A stretch of DNA of 64,000 nt, from the NCBI RefSeq assembly GCF_006345805.1, contig NC_043000.1, forward strand, positions 30,876,001-30,940,000, written 5' to 3'. Source of the DNA: Octopus sinensis (taxonomy: Eukaryota). The notes beneath the pieces were generated by a model that was not told the origin of the DNA, made no database searches, and was given only the letters and a program-made list of their open reading frames with translations. A program made the position numbers and the translations under genes. Below, one piece after another: positions 59,998-64,000 of this stretch; within the stretch, counting starts at the first letter, position 1, and each line of letters begins with the position of its first letter.

Positions 59998-62152
59998 ATC
60001 ATCATCATTTAACCCTTTCATTGCTCTATTTATGAGGTGCTCTGTGTTTCTTTCAATTACTTTAAATGTAGTAAAGAATTTAGGAAAATAACTTAGTTAT
60101 CATTCAGCTAATGTTAGGAACATAAATTGTGACTAAGGTTTGGTGGAAGATTTTAATTCAAAACTTATGAAAACAAGACATTTGTACTACAGAGTCAAAG
60201 CTGGTTTCAGCCGGGTTGGTAACAAAAGAGTTAATGTCCGTTTTCCATGCTGGCATGCAGTTGACTGAGGCTTGGAGAACCAGTGGCCGCACCAGGCTCC
60301 AATCTTATCTGGCAATATTTCTACAGCAGGATGCCCTTCCTAACGCCAACCACTCCAAGAGTGTAGTGGGTGCTTTTTACGTGTCACTGGCACAGGAGCC
60401 AGTCCAGCAGGCCTAGCATCGATTACTTTCGGATAGTGCTTTTTACGTGCCACTGCACAGGGGCCAGTCAATGGGTACTGGCGTCAGCCACATCCGGATG
60501 GTGCTTTTTACAGGCCATGCACATAGGAGCCACTTAGTGTGTACTGGTCACAGCTACGATATTGGTTTTATTTTATTCAACAGGTCTTCTCAAGCATATC
60601 ATATCACCACACGCATCAAGGGTACTCTTAACAAGGCTGGATATGCCTGGCTCCAATCTCACTTTAGTTGCCAGGTCTTCTCAATCATTGCATATCTCTA
60701 AAGATTTTGATCTCCTGTTATTGCCTCTGTGAGGCCCAATATTCGAAGGCCCACCACCTCATCCCATATCTTCCTGGGTCTGTCTTTTACACAGGTTCCT
60801 TCCACATTTAAGGAGTGGCACTTCCTCATGCAGCTGTCCTCATCCATACATAACACATGACCATACAAGTGCAGCCGTCTCTCTTGCATACCACATTTTA
60901 TGCTTCTTATGCCCAACTTTTCTCTCAGGGTGCTCACACTCTGTCGTGTATGCACACTGACATTACACATTCAGCAGATCATACTACCTTCATTTCTTTC
61001 AAGCCTACGCATGTCCTCAGCAGCCATGGCCCATGTTTCACTGCCATGTAGCATGGCAGTTCACACACATGCATCATATAGTCTACCTTTCATCCTGAGT
61101 GAGAGGCTCTTAGTTGCCAGCAGAGGTAGAAGCTCCCTGAACTTTGCCCTGGCTATTCTTATTCTAGCCACTACACTCTCAGAGCAACTACCCTTACTTA
61201 AGACTTGGTCACCTAGGTAGCAGAAGCTAATAAGTACTTCCAGTTTCACCCTCTGGCATGGGATGGAATCTGTTTTCTGTATATCTTCAGTGTTTATTGC
61301 CCCTGAGCATTTGCCACACACAAAAACTATTTTCCCAGTCAACCTTCCTTTGATATTACTGCACCTCTTATGTGTCCATATCTTACATCGGATACATTGT
61401 ATGGGATTTTCTACCCATGTTTTTTCTACAGATCAAGTAGGGCCATCTACTAAGACTTTGGACTTTGCTAGGTTAACCCTAAAGCCCTTTGATTCTAGTT
61501 CTGGCAGTGACTCAACTATTAGAGCAAGATCACCAGAATAGAGGAGCTCCCAGGGGCAGCCTGTCTTGAATTACTCTGTTATTGCCTGGAGGACTATGAT
61601 GAATAAGATGGGGCTGAGGACTGATTGTTGGTGAACCCCTACTCCTACTTGAAATTCTTCACTATACACATTGCCAACCCTCACCTTACTGACAGCATTG
61701 CTGTAAAGGGCTTGTACAGCTCTTACCAACCACTCCTCCATCCCCAGTTTCCGCATTGACCACCAGATAAGGGATCAGGGGGACTGTCAAAGGCTTTCTC
61801 CAAGTCAACAAAAGCCAGGTACAGAGGTTTATCTTTGGCTAGATATTTCTGTTGCAGTTGCCTTGCCAGAAATATAGCATCAGTGGTGCTTCTGCTTCAT
61901 ACAAAACCAAACTGCATCTTATCTAGGCTAACTCTCTCCTTAATTAGTTGGGCTATGACCCTCTCTGTAACTTTCATCACCTGATCCAATAATTTGATAC
62001 CCCTACAGTTATTTCTATCTAAAGCATCACCTTTACCTTTGTAGCAGTCGACTATGGTGCTGCTACACCAGTCATTGGGTGTGATTCCTTCATGAACAAC
62101 CTGATTTAAGATGCAGGTGACAAGACCATAACCCACACTGCCCGATCAGCAT
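59998..62152 (-). mobile_element. 5'-truncated RTE LINE with piggyBac MITE in its tail
   Basis: RT motifs on minus (NCRGIKLLDQVMKVTERV, GVHQQSVLSPILF, FVCGKC, FCYLG), plus 3'UTR and (CAT)n tail. Confidence 0.88.
60013..60230. mobile_element. piggyBac-type MITE, family A, inserted at the TTAA of the RTE terminus
   Basis: ATCATCAT-TTAA-[MITE]-TTAA-TGTCCG reconstitutes the RTE end CATTTAACGTCCG. Confidence 0.85.
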
Positions 62153-63149
62153 TAAAAATACTATAAAAAAATTTTTTTAAATTTATCTGAAAAGGGGTTA
62201 ATCTCCTTCTCGCATTCCTCAATTCTAATTCCCACCCCTAAAGCTTATATTACTTATCTCTTTTGGTTTTTCATTGTATTCCCCTCTATTTAACAATCTA
62301 AATAAGTGTTGGCCACCCCTATCCGTCTTTCTTCTAGTGACCACCCCTTCACCATCAGTCATTCACTTACCAGCAACTCTGCAACATACCCTTTTATGTT
62401 GATAAAGCTAGACATATGGTTCCAGTACATTGAGAGTCTAGCAGATTGTCTGACTTGAATTGATTTATCACCATCACCTGGAATACAGTTGACAACTCCC
62501 TGGGGATTTAATTCTAAATAGTTGAAAACTACATGCTACATAAGGTCTTCTTTTATCTTAACCCCCACTGCTTCCTCTGCTATTCTCTAAATTATAGTAG
62601 GCTTATCAAGGTATGCATTATTTTCTAAACTCATTCTGCCACAGACGTAACAACAGGAAACAATGTAAATATTTTGGCTTCCATTATTGATGTAAATTTG
62701 TTTATAAAAATGGTTTATCCTTTCTGCTTGATGCCTATGCGGATGCCACAGGGGGCTGGCATCAACCATGATCGGATGGTACTTTTTACGTGCCACTGGC
62801 ACGGGATCCAATCAAGGCAGTACTGGAATCAGCCACATTCGGATGGTGCATTTTACGTATCACCAGCACAGAAGCCAATCGGGGGGAAAGGGGGCTGGCA
62901 TGGACCACGTTTGGATGATTGTTTTTACGTACCACCAGCACGGGGACCACAACTACAATTTCCATTTAATTGTGATTTGATTTGATTATGATGTACTTGA
63001 CTCAATAGGTTTCCTCAATCATGGCATGTCACCCTACAATCCAAGGGTACTTTTTGAGTTGGCTGGTTATGCAACACTGGTGTAGGTTACAGCTGTGATC
63101 TCACTTTATTTACCAGGTCTTCTCAGTCACAGCATATTTCCAGAGGTCT

Positions 63150-63780
63150 CTGGTTTCTTCACAGGTCCTTGTTTTGTCTCAACATCCTTCATAGCAGGTT
63201 GTGAATAGTTGAAACCATTGCAACATCCTTCTTGTCCTTCCAACGAAGAGTCATTACCTTACCTCTCTGAAATGCTGCAACATTCTCGGTTTTTTCCAAT
63301 TTTGCCCTTTTCAGCCATTCAGACACTTCCTTTCTATTCAAACAGTTTCATAAATACCAGTGTAGTGACTAACCAGAGTATCAACTAATTGCGGACTAGT
63401 GTAAAAGTTATCCACCATAACACAGTACCCTTTACCAAGTAAAGGGGCTTTGTCAGAGACAACACAACTCGACAACTCATGGGATATTCACTATATTCTG
63501 AATCAAACTCTGTTCCTTTGCCAGCATAAGTGTTTGCTTCACACACACACAAAAAACAAAATACTTCACTGCAAACTTTGCTTTTTAGGCGTATACTGAA
63601 CCCATCCTAACCTTCCCTTGAACGGCATACTGCTTTCGTCTATAGATTAATCTTGGTTAGAGGTATAACACTTCATAAAGTTCTCACTAAACATCATAAA
63701 CATATAAACTTTTTCAGTTGGGATGTATTTCAGCATCAAAGGTTTCATTGTTCACAAAATGAAGATACTGTTTTATCTTA
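63150..63780 (-). pseudogene. piggyBac (PGBD4-like) transposase fragment
   Basis: Minus-strand QYLHF, SIDESSMPFKGRLGWVQY, KGYCVMVDNFYTSPQL and MTLRWKDKKDVAMVSTIH: two catalytic Asp motifs, with stops and frameshifts. Confidence 0.85.
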
Positions 63781-64000
63781 TTACTAGCACTATGACCCGG
63801 CGTTGTCGGGTCCAGTGCTAGTCAAGCATATTTGGTCTTTCATGAAACTCCCTCTCTCTTGTCATTCACTTGGTCTAACTTGTTAATTATTCCCTGCATT
63901 TCTCAAATCAAAAAAGCTTGCACATTTGGTGTGATACATAACAAAGGAAGGGAAACACAGAGTTTTAAAGAGTTATTTCCCTTGCTATGGTTTAATATCT

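Noticed and set aside
62951-62965. ACTACAATTTCCA, similar to the ZNF143/THAP11-HCF-1 element (also at about 27135 and 53866)
   Set aside because: Always part of the RTE 3'UTR, and absent from the promoter region.

Overview
Eukaryotic, AT-rich and very repeat-dense DNA. The repeat families suggest a coleoid cephalopod, probably Octopus (inference from recalled repeat families, not a database search). The single host gene is an HCF-1 (HCFC1) orthologue on the + strand. I reconstructed 14 coding exons by hand (ATG 18666 to donor 59181). All have GT-AG introns with consistent phases, and they total 3412 nt (1137 codons + 1 nt). They encode the Kelch beta-propeller, the N-terminal Fn3/self-association half, the basic region and a long Thr/Ser/Val-rich exon. 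The C-terminus lies beyond the window, and intron 1 is about 21 kb. The rest is transposable-element debris: RTE LINEs (one near full length, plus >20 5'-truncated 3'UTR copies), a CR1-type LINE, tRNA-derived SINEs (Nin-like, CORE-like, V-like), two hAT remnants, a mariner with nested insertions, piggyBac MITEs plus a transposase remnant, Helitron/HINE-like elements and a Mutator-like MITE. The most interesting observations are: (1) a cluster of YY1 motifs across the HCF-1 start codon and intron 1, echoing human HCFC1; (2) a 175-bp TSD-flanked element with a minimal hammerhead-ribozyme-like fold; (3) a PHD-type finger inside the RTE reverse transcriptase; (4) a 7-unit tandem array of the RTE 3' tail; (5) no HCF-1PRO repeats. 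TE boundaries are approximate unless a TSD or TIR is quoted.
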